Shown here piece by piece: positions 29,192 to 43,394 of a DNA stretch of 64,000 nucleotides. The stretch is from the human T2T-CHM13v2.0 reference genome, Homo sapiens. The position numbers and the translations under genes were made by a program. Each line of letters begins with the position of its first letter. Positions within the stretch are counted from its first letter, which is position 1. Location: the NCBI RefSeq assembly GCF_009914755.1, contig NC_060925.1. One strand, 5' to 3'. Under the pieces are notes generated by a model, which worked only from the letters and a program-made list of their open reading frames with translations, did not search any database and had not been told where the DNA came from.

Positions 29192-29703
29192 GTGAGTTTG
29201 TGCCACTGCCCCTTGCCATCTGTGCCCTGTTGCCAGGTTGCCTACCAGGGAACCTCCTGTTCCTGCCTTGGGCCATGGGCAGGTCCTGCTTACACTCCGG
29301 GAGATGCCCTGGTGGGTGGCGGGTCGCAGTAAGAACAGTCAGAAGTGGGGGCTTTGGAACTGATGAACTGGTGCCCCCAGCACAACACCTGGCCTGAGGT
29401 CATTTTATTTGATGAATGACCTTTTCAAATACATTTTAAGCATGTGTAGAAATTCTTATCAAAAATTTCAAACATACACAAAAAGCAGTGCTGTGAATCC
29501 CCATGTGCCTGTCACTCAGATTAAACAATTATCACTGTTTTGTCTGTCTCGCTGAAGTTTTGTAAAACCAACCCCAAACACCATAGATTTCACCCAATTA
29601 ATTCAGTTTGTATTCCCCCCAAATATAGATGGCTGTTGTTTTACATAGTCTGCCAAAATCACAAGAAATACAAGTAAAAATCTAAATGCCTTTGAGAAAC
29701 TAA

Positions 29704-31147
<1,444 letters not shown>

Positions 31148-31461
31148 TGTAGATGTATTTTTGTAGGAAAGATACCTAGCAGTGGAATTGCTGGGCTTGG
31201 GGTAAACATTACTTTGTTGGATGCTGCCAAATTGTGCTCCAAAAAGGTATGAGCGCCAGTCTTAGAAAGGAAGACCCTTTCCCCCAGCCGTGGCCCCCAC
31301 TGTGTATTACCTGTCCTCTCCTTTGCCAGTGGAGGTGAAAGGAGGGAGTTGTTGGAGGACTTGGAATTTTTGGTGAGGCTGCAGACCTCTTCCTGTGTCC
31401 CTCATACTCATGCTCCCTGGGCCCACAGGGAGTCACAGCCACCCCGTCCCTCCCCTTCCAG

Positions 31462-31640
31462 GTCCTGAGGATGTGTGTGAGGCCTATAGGCATGTGCTGG
31501 GCCAAGATAAGGTGTCCTATGAGGTACCCCGCTTGCATGGGGATGAGGAGCGCTTCTTCGTGGAAGGCCTGTCCTTCCCTGATGCCGGCTTCACAGGACT
31601 CATCTCCTTCCATGTCACTCTGCTGGACGACTCCAACGAG
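31462..31640 (+). CDS. PADI3: PADI3 exon 7: [14 protein letters not shown]...[29 protein letters not shown]
   Basis: TTCCAG acceptor, GAG|GTAGGG donor, 179 bp. Confidence 0.96.
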
Positions 31641-31676
31641 GTAGGGACAGAGGGGGTTCAAGAGGAGCTCCACTCG

Positions 31677-31900
31677 GGACCAGCCTGGGCAACATGGTGA
31701 AACCCCATCTCTACAAAAAAAAAAAAAATAGCGAGGTATAGTGGTGTACACCTATAGTCCCAGTTACTTGGGAGGCTGAGGTGGGAGGATCACCTGAACC
31801 CCAGGGAGGTTGAGGTTGCAGTGAGCCATGATCACCCCACTGCACTCCACAGCCTGGGCAACAAAGTAAGACCCTGTCTCCAAAAAATAATAATAATAAA
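31677..31900 (+). mobile_element. 5'-truncated Alu ~35 bp after exon 7
   Basis: GACCAGCCTGGGCAACATGGTGAAACCCC... Confidence 0.88.
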
Positions 31901-32107
31901 GGGCAGTGGGGAGGGCTCCATTCCTGGTAAGTCTACCAGGCACCACTGGTGTGAAAGACCCCAGACTTCTTGACCACCCCTCTGGTTCATTTCCATCTTG
32001 CAGAGAAGCAAGGGGTTTTCTTATGGACCACAGTGGTGGAATCAGAGTCCCCCCAGGCCTCTGGACTCCAAGTCCAGTGCTCTTTCTCCCCTGGTCTGCC
32101 CCTGCAG

Positions 32108-32211
32108 GATTTCTCGGCATCCCCTATCTTCACTGACACTGTGGTGTTCCGAGTGGCACCCTGGATCATGACGCCCAGCACTCTGCCACCCCTAGAGGTG
32201 TATGTGTGCCG
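32108..32211 (+). CDS. PADI3: PADI3 exon 8: [35 protein letters not shown]
   Basis: CTGCAG acceptor, CG|GTGAGT donor, 104 bp. Confidence 0.96.
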
Positions 32212-32295
32212 GTGAGTCTTGGGGCAGTGGGTGGTCCCTCTGGCCCCCAGGCCCCGGCTCCATCCTGAGCCCCTCTTCCCTGGGCTTGTCCGTAG

Positions 32296-32407
32296 TGTGA
32301 GGAACAACACGTGTTTTGTGGATGCGGTGGCAGAGCTGGCCAGGAAGGCCGGCTGCAAGCTGACCATCTGCCCACAGGCCGAGAACCGCAACGACCGCTG
32401 GATCCAG
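32296..32407 (+). CDS. PADI3: PADI3 exon 9: [37 protein letters not shown]
   Basis: CGTAG acceptor after an 84-nt intron; CAG|GTAACC donor; 112 bp. Confidence 0.96.
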
Positions 32408-32694
32408 GTAACCACAGCCACTGGGCAGGGCCCAGCAAGGACGCCATCCTGGAGGGAGAGGCCTTCATTTGGGGGCCACCGAGAAACATCCAGGAGGACC
32501 TGGGTGCTCCCCAGGGAACTTGCTGCCGTTTCTAATGTGAGACCTAGAGGCTTCTCTCCAGAACCTTCTGGAGACCCACGCTGATCCTGGATTCAACACC
32601 CATTCACCCACCGGATCTGGGCTAGGCACTAGGCTAGGCCCACAGGGGTGGCACAGGTGTGAGACACACACTCCCTGCCCTCAACAGCTGAGAC

Positions 32695-33064
32695 CAGTGG
32701 TTCTCATCAAGAGGCGATGTGTCCCCAGGAGACGTTTTGCAGTATCTGCAGACAGTGCGCAGGACAAGCCCCCACAATAACATATCATCCAGTCCCACGC
32801 CTCAGTAGTGTCGAGGCTGAGAAACCTTGATGTGCAGAATGATTGCTACAAAAATACCTACTCCTACTATCTAGTGTGTAGCTGGGGCAACATGGTGAAA
32901 CCCTGTCTCTGCAAAAAAGTTAAAAAATTAGCAGGGCATGGTGGCGTGTGTCTGTAGTCCCAGCTACTCTGGAGGCTGAGGTCAGAGGATCACCTGAGTT
33001 TAGGAAGGTCAAGGCTGCAGAGAGCTGTGATTGTGCCACTGCATTCCAGCCTCAGCAACAACAA

Positions 33065-33090
<26 letters not shown>
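32695..33090 (+). mobile_element. Internally deleted MER20 (32695-32830) followed by a partial Alu (32886-33090)
   Basis: CAGTGGTTCTCA...GCTGAGAAACC; Alu right arm plus A/GA tail. Confidence 0.7.
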
Positions 33091-33095
<5 letters not shown>

Positions 33096-33699
33096 GAGAG
33101 AAAAAGAAATATCTAGGGTGCAGAGGCTATACCAGCAAAGCACCAGTAGGGTTTGGGGGATGCAGCATCACCTCTGCCCAGGGAATCAGTGAAGACCTCC
33201 AGGAGGGAGAGCATCTGAGCTGGACCAGATTTGGCAGATGAGGGCACATGACTTCTGCCATTTATGCCCCATTTTCTGCAGGCCAGGCATAGCATCATTT
33301 CATCTTCTTGATAACCCCCTGTAAGTCCCCCATAATTCAGGAGCTCTTAGGGGAGCATGACTGGGCCACAGAGCTGGTAAAGGCAGTGCTAGGACTCAGG
33401 CTGCCAAGCACCAGGCTGTACAGGTTGGTGGTCCTGGCAGAGACCGAGCATGCGCAAAGGCCCGGGGGTGGGAGGCAGGAGAGAGAACCTTGTGTGTTCT
33501 CCTCTGTCAGGGCACTGGTTCTGAGAAAGGCAAGGGTTGAGGTCGGAGACCTTGAATTCCAAGTTAAGGAGCTTTCCTCTTGGCCGGAGGTCAGTCCAGT
33601 GAGAGGGTTTGGGGCAGGACTCTGGGGCACGATGGGCTGGGTTTAGAGCCTGGCTGTGCCACCAACTAACTAGCTGTGAGCTTTGGGACAAATATTTTT

Positions 33700-34025
33700 T
33701 AATTTTTATTTATTTTTTTAAATTAATATATTTTGAATTTATTTTTCTTTTTGGAGACAGTGTCTCTCTGTCACCCTGGTTGGAGTGCCATGGCATGATC
33801 ACAGCTCACTGGCAGCCTGGAACTCCTGGGTTCAAGTGATCCTTCTGCCTCAGTCTCCCGAGTAGCTGAGACCACAGGTGCGGCCACCAGGCTCAGCTAA
33901 TTTTTTGTAGAGATGGGGTCTTGCCATGTTGCCCAGGATTGTCTCAAACTCCTGGCCTCAAGCAATCCTCCCGCCTCACCCTCCCAAAGTGCTGGGATTA
34001 TAGGTGTGAGCCACCGTGCCCGGAC
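33700..34025 (-). mobile_element. Alu (J-like)
   Basis: Reverse Alu. Confidence 0.88.
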
Positions 34026-34567
34026 TGGATAAATAATTAGACCTCTTAGTTCCTCATTTTCCTCATCTGTCACATGGGATAATTATGGTGCCCACGCCCA
34101 GGCATGTCATGAGGATGAATGGAGTTAATGTTTATAAAGAGTTTAGGGCAGGACCTGGATGTGAAGTTCATTCACACTGGGCCATCTTTTCCTCCAGAAC
34201 CAGAGGGGTCAGGACTGACCTGGGCACATTTATGGATCCAACTCAGGCCACTGTGAGGGCTTCTCTGTGTCCACCTGCCTTGGCCCAGTACTCACAGGGA
34301 CACCCCCAAGGTCATGTCCATGTTCTCGTTCACCTCCGGCCTCTGTCTTGCTGTGTGACCTTAGACAAGTGCACCCCCTCCTTGAGCCTCCAGCCCCTCC
34401 TCCAGTCAGCAGGCACCCTGACCTCGGTCCTGTCCGCCTCCAAGCACAAAACATGCTTGGGCCAGGGGACTTGGTGAGCAGTCTGCCCCACAGGGCTCAG
34501 AGCCGAGCCAGCAGGGGCAGCTGTTGACTGTCACAGCTGTGCGTCTCTCGCCTCTCCTCACTTGCAG

Positions 34568-34675
34568 GATGAGATGGAGCTGGGCTACGTTCAGGCGCCG
34601 CACAAGACCCTCCCGGTGGTCTTTGACTCCCCAAGGAATGGGGAACTGCAGGATTTCCCTTACAAAAGAATCCTG
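34568..34675 (+). CDS. PADI3: PADI3 exon 10: [36 protein letters not shown] (first codon is catalytic D350)
   Basis: TTGCAG acceptor, CTG|GTGAGT donor, 108 bp. Confidence 0.96.
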
Positions 34676-34792
34676 GTGAGTGGTCCCGGCCGCAGCCCAC
34701 CCCTGAGAGCTGAGAGGCCTTACCCCAGGGGCCACACCGGGGTGTGGGGTACAGAGGGCAGCAGTGGGAACCGTGCTCTTTAGGGATGAGGG

Positions 34793-34984
34793 TAGGGTTG
34801 CCAGATAAAATGCAGGGATGCCCAGTCAAATGTGAATTTCAGACAAGCAACAGGTTAACTTTTTGGTGTAAGTACGTCCCAAATATTGCATGGGATATAC
34901 TTACACTAAAAAAGTTGTCGTTTATCTAAAATTCAAAGTTAATTGGGCATCCTGTATTTTTATTTACTGAATCTGGCAGCCCTA
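34793..34984. mobile_element. MER53 MITE (well-preserved palindrome)
   Basis: TAGGGTTGCCAGAT ... ATCTGGCAGCCCTA. Confidence 0.85.
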
Positions 34985-35862
34985 AATAGGGGAGGCAGGA
35001 TGGTGCACCTGTTCAGAGCACAAGCTTTAGGGTCAGACCAACCCTGTTCCGTTACTTACATGCTGTGTGATGTTGCGTGAGTTACTACCGCTCTCTGAGC
35101 CTCAGTTTCCTCATCAGTAAAAATGACATTTTGGCCCTGGCCTCACAGGGGTTTGTGAAGCATCTCATCATCACAGTACCTGCATGGAGGGAGTGTGTGT
35201 GCGCGCACCACTATTAGCTAGTATCATTATTTTAAGAAAAAGGATAACAGGGAAGGTGATGATTGCTAACGAGGACCTCTTGAGAAAACAAGAGTGACTT
35301 GCCTGGTGCCGTAAAGAACAAGAGACCCCTCCAACCCCCTCACTGATCACACAGATGCTAGGAGCTCTCTCTCCTGACCCTTGATGTTGTCGAAGTTGCT
35401 TCTGAGAGATAGCCCTGGGGAGGTCTCCCCTTCTCTAGAGTTCAAAGACAGAGGCCCAGAGGGCCATCAGCAGCCTCTTGGTTCCCACAATTGGCCACTT
35501 GAGCTGCTACTTGCCCTTGGGCTGAACTTGCAGGAAGGCTGTGTAGGTAAGGGGATGGAGTGGCCATGGCCTCAGGCTCCATGTCCGATGGGGAGTGCAG
35601 GAGCAACCGGAGCGCCCCCTGCTGTCTTGCCGTGATAAGGCAGCAGGGCCAGAGAGTCCGAGCACTTCCCGACTTTGCCTGCTATGCGTGCATGAAATAT
35701 TGACTGGGTCAGATCCCCCACCCACCGCCAATGACTCTGTATTTCCACCTGAAGAATGGATGGCCTTTCCCACCCTGTCTTGAAGGAGCTCAAAGCCCAG
35801 CAAGTTGGTTCAGGCCCTTCCTGGTACCCTCCACCCCCGCCTGACTTGGTTTCCCTCTCCAG

Positions 35863-36014
35863 GGTCCAGATTTTGGTTACGTGACTCGGGAACCACGCGA
35901 CAGGTCTGTGAGTGGCCTGGACTCCTTTGGGAACCTGGAGGTCAGCCCTCCAGTGGTGGCCAATGGGAAAGAGTACCCCCTGGGGAGGATCCTCATTGGG
36001 GGCAACCTGCCTGG
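35863..36014 (+). CDS. PADI3: PADI3 exon 11: [30 protein letters not shown]...LIGGNLPG
   Basis: CTCCAG acceptor, GG|GTGAGA donor, 152 bp. Confidence 0.96.
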
Positions 36015-36385
36015 GTGAGAGAGAGACAGGGAATGGAGTTCCTGGGGTGGAGGCTGAGGGTTGGGGGTGGTGATGATGGTGGAGCAGGGGCCATTGCACT
36101 CCTTGAAGAGAGCCAGAAGCAAGGAATGATGAAATTATACTCCCGGATGTGGTGGGGTTGGTGGGTGTTCACCAGACACAGTCCACACTTACCTCGGGGA
36201 CTCTGAAACCAGAGAGAGCAGAGACCTAAGAGATCATTCAGTCCAACACTTTCATTTTACAAGTGGGCCCAGAGAGGGTAAGTGAGTCACATAGAAAGCA
36301 AAGTTATAACTAGACTCAAGTTTTCTGATTCTGAAAATAAATAGATGATACTAGTAACAGTCAATTAATAGTAACAGAAGAAGAG

Positions 36386-36739
<354 letters not shown>

Positions 36740-37252
36740 TTAGGTCAAAGCTTGTTCATACTACCATGTAAATGACTAATATAAGATCTTTTCCTGAGAG
36801 CAAGAGAAGTGAGGTACAAGACATGCTAAGTGAAATGACAATAACATACAGAGAGAGTAACAAATGATGTGTTGTTCAGTAGTGACACAGGGGTGCTGAT
36901 GGAAAAGGAATCCTATCATATTGGTTACTTGCTGTGGACTAGACCAAGACATTGAGCTAACCAAATGCAACAAAGCTGTTAGAACAGACTTGGGATCAAA
37001 TAATGAATGAATCCAGAGTCAAGCTTTGGAAGGGACTACTGCCCTCAAATACATAATCCCATTGAAAGAGGAAGCTGGACCATGCCCTTAGATACATTTT
37101 CCTAAAAATTGAACATGGGGGTGAAATCTGTCTCTTGGAGAATAAGAACCTGGTGTGAGGGTGGTTCTGAAGATTTTCCTGGATGGTGGGACCTGGTAGG
37201 TCATTGCCCTGGTGTGACTGACCTGTCCTGAGTCTGCCTCATGCAGAACTCA

Positions 37253-37689
<437 letters not shown>

Positions 37690-37749
37690 TTATTTCTGCA
37701 TGGAGTCTTTTTAGTTAAGCAACTTTTTTTTTAACCTCGTGGGTCCCAG

Positions 37750-37894
37750 GTCAAGTGGCCGCAGGGTCACCCAGGTGGTGCGGGACTTCCTCCATGCCCA
37801 GAAGGTGCAGCCCCCCGTGGAGCTCTTTGTGGACTGGTTGGCCGTGGGCCATGTGGATGAGTTTCTGAGCTTTGTCCCTGCCCCCGATGGGAAG
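37750..37894 (+). CDS. PADI3: PADI3 exon 12: [48 protein letters not shown] (H470 CAT at 37850, D472)
   Basis: CCCAG acceptor, AAG|GTAAGA donor, 145 bp; GHVDE active-site motif. Confidence 0.96.
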
Positions 37895-38004
37895 GTAAGA
37901 ACTTCGTGCATGACGTGTCTTTCCCTGGCATCTGGGGCAAGAACTGAGCTCCAGGGCGCCATGCCAAGGCAGGAGGCTCAGCTGAATCTGTTCTCTGCAC
38001 GCAG

Positions 38005-38107
38005 GGCTTCCGGATGCTCCTGGCCAGCCCTGGGGCCTGCTTCAAGCTCTTCCAGGAAAAGCAGAAGTGTGGCCACGGGAGGGCCCTCCTGTTCCAGGGG
38101 GTTGTTG
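38005..38107 (+). CDS. PADI3: PADI3 exon 13: [34 protein letters not shown]
   Basis: ACGCAG acceptor, G|GTGGGT donor, 103 bp. Confidence 0.95.
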
Positions 38108-38422
38108 GTGGGTAACAGTGCCGTGTCCCTCCTTGCGGCTTGCCTGCCCCTTACCCAAATTAAGACACATCATGGCTTGAGAGGGGGAGGGCAAGTTTTA
38201 AAGCAGGGGTGTGTCCCCAAATTCAGGGCTTCTCACTCCTGCCCCTGCACACCTTGCTTCACCAGACACCACTGCCCACAGCTGGGGCCGAGCTGAGGTG
38301 GGAAGCGGGGTGATAGAAGGTGGACATGGACTGAGCGGGGACATAGTGGCTTCCCAGGCAGGTGACCAGTGCAGTCACGGCGTGGAGCTTTAATGTTCTG
38401 CAGTCACTATCCTGAAATCTCC

Positions 38423-38725
<303 letters not shown>

Positions 38726-39118
38726 CCCTGAAATCTTAATTCTGTTTTGTGAGGTCTGATGGATCAGTGGAGCATCTACGGGGCTTGGAGCCTCTGCTCA
38801 GGCACAGTCCTGTCTCCCAGCCTCCCTGCCTCCCTGGCACAGATTCTCTGCTGCCTACTTCTGTGCTCCCTGGAGCCTCAGTGCAAGGCCTCCCCCATCT
38901 CTGTCACTGTCCTGAGATGCTGCAGCACTCTGCCCCCAGCAGGAGCCTGGGCATGGGGAGGGCTGGGGTTGGGCACATGTGCCACTCAGCATCTTCATGG
39001 CATCAGTCGTCCCTGCCCTGCAAGGGCATTTGGTGGGCAACTTGGGAGGGGTAAGTGTCTCACCCAGGCTTGCTCAGGTACCCAGCACATACCCAGAGGC
39101 CACAATACTCTGGAGGTC

Positions 39119-39205
39119 GCCCATTTGCCTTGGCTTGGGGTGGCAGTCCTGTGGGAATGAGAGATGCCAAATTGGACCTGCCAGCCCCGTTCCAGGGCAC
39201 AGCAT
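39119..39205 (+). ncRNA. MIR3972: MIR3972 precursor hairpin in PADI3 intron 13; mature CTGCCAGCCCCGTTCCAGGGCA at 39178-39199
   Basis: Mature sequence recognised from memory; 5' arm TGCCTTGG..GGGGTGGCAG.TCC pairs with 3' arm GGAC.CTGCCA.CCCC..CCAGGGCA. Confidence 0.8.
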
Positions 39206-39464
39206 GTGGGTCTCATAGCAGAGGCATGCCCAAGCACAGCCCCCTGGGAGCTAGGCCTCCGCTGTGAGGCCCACAGGGTGGGCCCTGACACCAGCAAGGG
39301 ACTGTCCAGCCCCATGCAAGTCCCCGGCAAAGCGCAATGTGAAATAGCAAATAAAAACCACCCTGACAAGTCAGGAGAGAGACTCGGGGACAAAGAAACA
39401 ACTTTATACTGTAGCACTTTTAATGGTACTCTTTTCTCTGCTCTTTAAACAAGGAGCTGGCATT

Positions 39465-39757
39465 TTCTTTTCTTCTTTTTTGAGACAGGGTCTATCAGCC
39501 AGGCTGGAGTGCAGTGACATGATCTCAGCTCACTGCAGCCTCGACCTCCCAGACTTAAGCGAGTCTCCCACCGCAGCCTTGCGAGTAGCTAGGACCACAG
39601 GCATGCACCACCACGCCTGGCTAATTTTTTGTATTTTTTGTAGAGATGGAGTCTCACCATGTTGCCCAGGCTGGTCTTGAACTCCTGAGCTCAAGTGATC
39701 TGTCTGTCTTGGCCTCCCAAAGTATGGGATTACAGGTGTGAACTACTGTGTCTGGCC
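39465..39757 (-). mobile_element. Alu (J-like)
   Basis: Reverse Alu. Confidence 0.88.
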
Positions 39758-41579
39758 AGGGCCCACTTTTTTTTGTTTTGTTTTTTGTTTTGCACTGGAA
39801 GAATTTTGAGAGAGAGAGAGCTGGCTGGACTGGAGTCATCTGGCAAGCTTGCTGGAAGCGTTCTCAAATTCACTCCCTTTCCAGCCCCACTGAGACTGCA
39901 TGAATCCCAGAGGATCCTCCCTTTCTCAGTGACCCCAGAGGTCCCAGGGCAAAGACCCTTTGACACGCAGGATCATAGATTTTCTTGGTCCCATGGCCTC
40001 AGGGAAGGCAGATAGCATCCTAGACCAAACACAGCTCAGAGAGAAAAAAAGCTCCTGTAGAACTTAGACGCCCCCAAGTATAATAATTTCCAAAGTCCCC
40101 TTGCTCTCTGTTTGCTAGCGTTAACTTCTTCCAACACAACCCTGGAGCCTTAGCAATAAAATGGAAGAGAAATAGTCTTTCTTGACCCTGTTGCTCCCAA
40201 ACGCACCCTAACTAGACTCCGGTGAACCTAGAGTAAGTCTTAGAAATCCTTAAATCCAAATTATGTACCAGGCAGGGAGAAATGCCACCTTCATCTTTCC
40301 TGGGAGAACTTATGGTGAGCAAGACCCAGGAATGGGTTGAGCAGAGTTATTCCAACCTGCCCAGCTGGGAGGGAGCGTGGGAGAATTCACAGATGGCAGG
40401 CCACAAGCAGCCACCCCACCCTCGAGGGCTGACACTCAGGCAGTGACTGTGGCGATTAATTACATAGACACAGAGGCCAGACACAGAGGCCAGAGCACTG
40501 ATTAGACACCTCAGTGCGCCAGGCCTCACGCTGTGTGCATCACACGTGTTATCTCATTTGATCTCACGAGAGATCAAATGGGATGACTCTCACCCACCTT
40601 TATTCCCAAGAATGTGAGGCTCAGAGAGGGGATGTCACTGGCCCAGAGGCCTCAGCAAGATTGCAGTGGAGCTGGGACTGGACCCCAGCTTCCTGCCTTA
40701 AACTGGGGTGAAGCGGGCGTTAGACCTGCAGATGGGTCAGGGGAGCCCTCTCCTTTCCCTTGGTCAAGGCTTGAGGCCCTGTGCGAGCCCTGGGCTTGGG
40801 TTTGAATCACAAGCCCCCACATATCCTACCTGTGTGACCTTTGGCAAGTCTTCTGACCTCTCTGAGCCTCAGTTTTCTCATCTGTAAAGTGGGGATCATA
40901 ATGCATACCTTGTGGGGGTCACCGTGAGGGTTAAATGAGATGCTGAACCTGGGCACTCCCCTCGGGGCCTGCTCATGGTAAGCGCTTACTAAGTAGCAGC
41001 CATGAGGATTGTGTGCCATTGACTCTAGCCTCCGCTTCCCTGTCCAGTCTCATCTGCATGGGCACACCATCAGGCTGAGAAAATCTGGACCCCTGGGAGG
41101 TCCCCATTTCACGCAGTCACCCCCTGAAGGGCAGGATTGGGGCTGGATGGTGTCTGAATCCCAGGACTGGCTGGTTCGCTGCTCAGTGAACCTATAAAAC
41201 CTGACTGATGGTGGGTGGGTGGGCAGCAACTGACCCAGCTCCCCGCTAAGCCAAAGCAAGAGGATTCCTCATCCAGTGCCCTCGGGCAGTTGTACATTTC
41301 CAGTGAAAGGCGTTACCACTTCCAGTGAACTCAAATAAAGGTCTCAGTTCATTCCACTGTGGCAACCAGACCCTCCCACTCCTTATACCCCAAGATGTGC
41401 ACAGTGGCCAAGGCAAGCTCAGACAGGTGGAACCCACCCAAGGCCTGGGAAAGTCAGAGGCTGCTGACTCGGCAAGACCATTAGCTGTGAACTTGGCTCC
41501 TGCCTGTCTGCTTCCCTAAGCAGGTGGTCCTCACGTTGGTGCTGTCCCTGTCCTTCTCTTTCATCTCTCTCCTTCACAG

Positions 41580-41659
41580 ATGATGAGCAGGTCAAGACCA
41601 TCTCCATCAACCAGGTGCTCTCCAATAAAGACCTCATCAACTACAATAAGTTTGTGCAG
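41580..41659 (+). CDS. PADI3: PADI3 exon 14: DDEQVKTISINQVLSNKDLINYNKFVQ
   Basis: Long pyrimidine tract plus CACAG; CAG|GTACAA donor; 80 bp. Confidence 0.96.
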
Positions 41660-41900
41660 GTACAAGGGCTGTGGTGTACCTGTGGGCTGTGATTTGGGAG
41701 TAGGCGGGGCTGGAGGCAAGGATGGGATACAGACATCTGAGGCTAACTGTTCATGAAAGCTCAGGTTAGAACAGGCCCAGACAGAGGGGTCCCAACACCC
41801 TCTTTTGACCCAGAAGAAGTGAGGGGAGCGACAGGATGCCTTGGTGCCCCCAAAACACACTGGCAAGGTGTCCCCAACTCTGGCCCTCCCCTGCCCCCAG

Positions 41901-42026
41901 AGCTGCATCGACTGGAACCGTGAGGTGCTGAAGCGGGAGCTGGGCCTGGCAGAGTGTGACATCATTGACATCCCACAGCTCTTCAAGACCGAGAGGAAAA
42001 AAGCAACGGCCTTCTTCCCTGACTTG
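41901..42026 (+). CDS. PADI3: PADI3 exon 15: [42 protein letters not shown]
   Basis: CCCCAG acceptor, TTG|GTGAGG donor, 126 bp. Confidence 0.96.
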
Positions 42027-42664
42027 GTGAGGGCACTACCCATGACTCCTTTGCCAAATCAGGCTGCAAACCTCTAAGCTCGAGAGAGGAAAAATGTCTG
42101 GTCACAGTCATATTTAGGATTGTGGTGGCCAGTGGGGGTGGCAGGGAGAATCAGGGGTCCTATGGTGCTCCTCAGAAGGGCTTCTAGCTGGCTGACCACC
42201 ATGGTCCCTGTGGAATGCTTGCTGGCCAAGCCCTGGCCCAAGGGGCATCAGGGAAGGGGTCCACTTGACATTTGTGGAGTGAATGAATGATTGCATGAGG
42301 TCACGTGTGCAAAGCACATGGCATCAGCTGGGAACCCAGATGCTCATTCTGCTCTCTTCCTCCCAGCTTGTGGCTCTTCATCCATCCCACATGTATTTAG
42401 GGTGTCCTGTGGCAGATGCAGAGATGATTAAGAATGCCCCCTGCTCTCAAGGGACTTTCAGTCTAATCGGTTGAGAGGGAAACTCTTCCCTTCTCTGAGG
42501 ACATGTCCCAGTGATCTATTTTGTAGGATAAGGCGATGTGGCAGTTTGGAGGTGAGACAAAGCACTTCCAGCCTAAGAGGTAGAACTGGAGATCCAGGAA
42601 GTCTTCATGGAAGAAGTGGCTTTTGACTGAGCCTTGAGGGCTTTGCCTCTGATGCTTGTAAATC

Positions 42665-42985
42665 TTTTTTTCTTTTTTTCTTTTTTTTTTTTTTGAGACG
42701 GAGTCTCACTCTGTTGCCCAGGCTGGAGGGCAGTGGCACAATCTCACTCACTGCAACCTCAGCCTCCAGGGTTCAAGCGATTCTCCTGCCTCAGCCTCCT
42801 GAGTAGCTGGGATTGTGGGATTGCAGGCGTGCACCACCACGCCCGGCTAATTTCTGTATTTTTAGTAGAGATGGAGTTTTGCCATGTTGGCCAGGCTGGT
42901 CTTGAGCTCCTGACCTCCGGTGATCCACCAGCCTCGGCCTCCCAAAGTGCTGGGATTACAGGCGGAAGCCACCGTGCTTGGCCTG
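42665..42985 (-). mobile_element. AluS (followed by a MER5-type fragment to ~43152)
   Basis: Reverse Alu; TSD GCTTGTAAATCTT/GCTTCTAAATCTT. Confidence 0.88.
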
Positions 42986-43394
42986 CTTCTAAATCTTGAG
43001 CTTGCCTTTGAAACACCTGGACAGGTGGGGCCCCACCCCAGCGGTCCTGATTCAGCAGGTCTAAAGCACGGCCCGAGGCACTGCTGCCGCGCTAACAAAC
43101 ACCCAGGTGGTGCTGATGCTGCCTTTTAGAGGAACACAGTTTGAGTAGCACTGCTATAGGTCACCCAGCTCCCCTCTCCACTCCTCCCCACCTCATCCCC
43201 TAAAAGAACTCAATTTGCCCATTGTCAGAGCCTTGTGGGGAACCTGTCCACACCACCATTGCTTCATGCCCCGCTTTTTCCTTCCTCTTTTCAGGCAACA
43301 TTTTGCCCTCCGCTTGCAAAGCCTCTTTTCACTCCCCTTCCTTCCTGTTCGAGGCTATCTTGTAATTATATATGTGCCCCAAGAAGTTTGTGCA

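Noticed and set aside
34505-34523. CTCF-like CCAGCAGGGGCAG (also 4341-4357 and 26676-26693)
   Set aside because: Each lacks or mismatches core positions; much weaker than the 35610 site.
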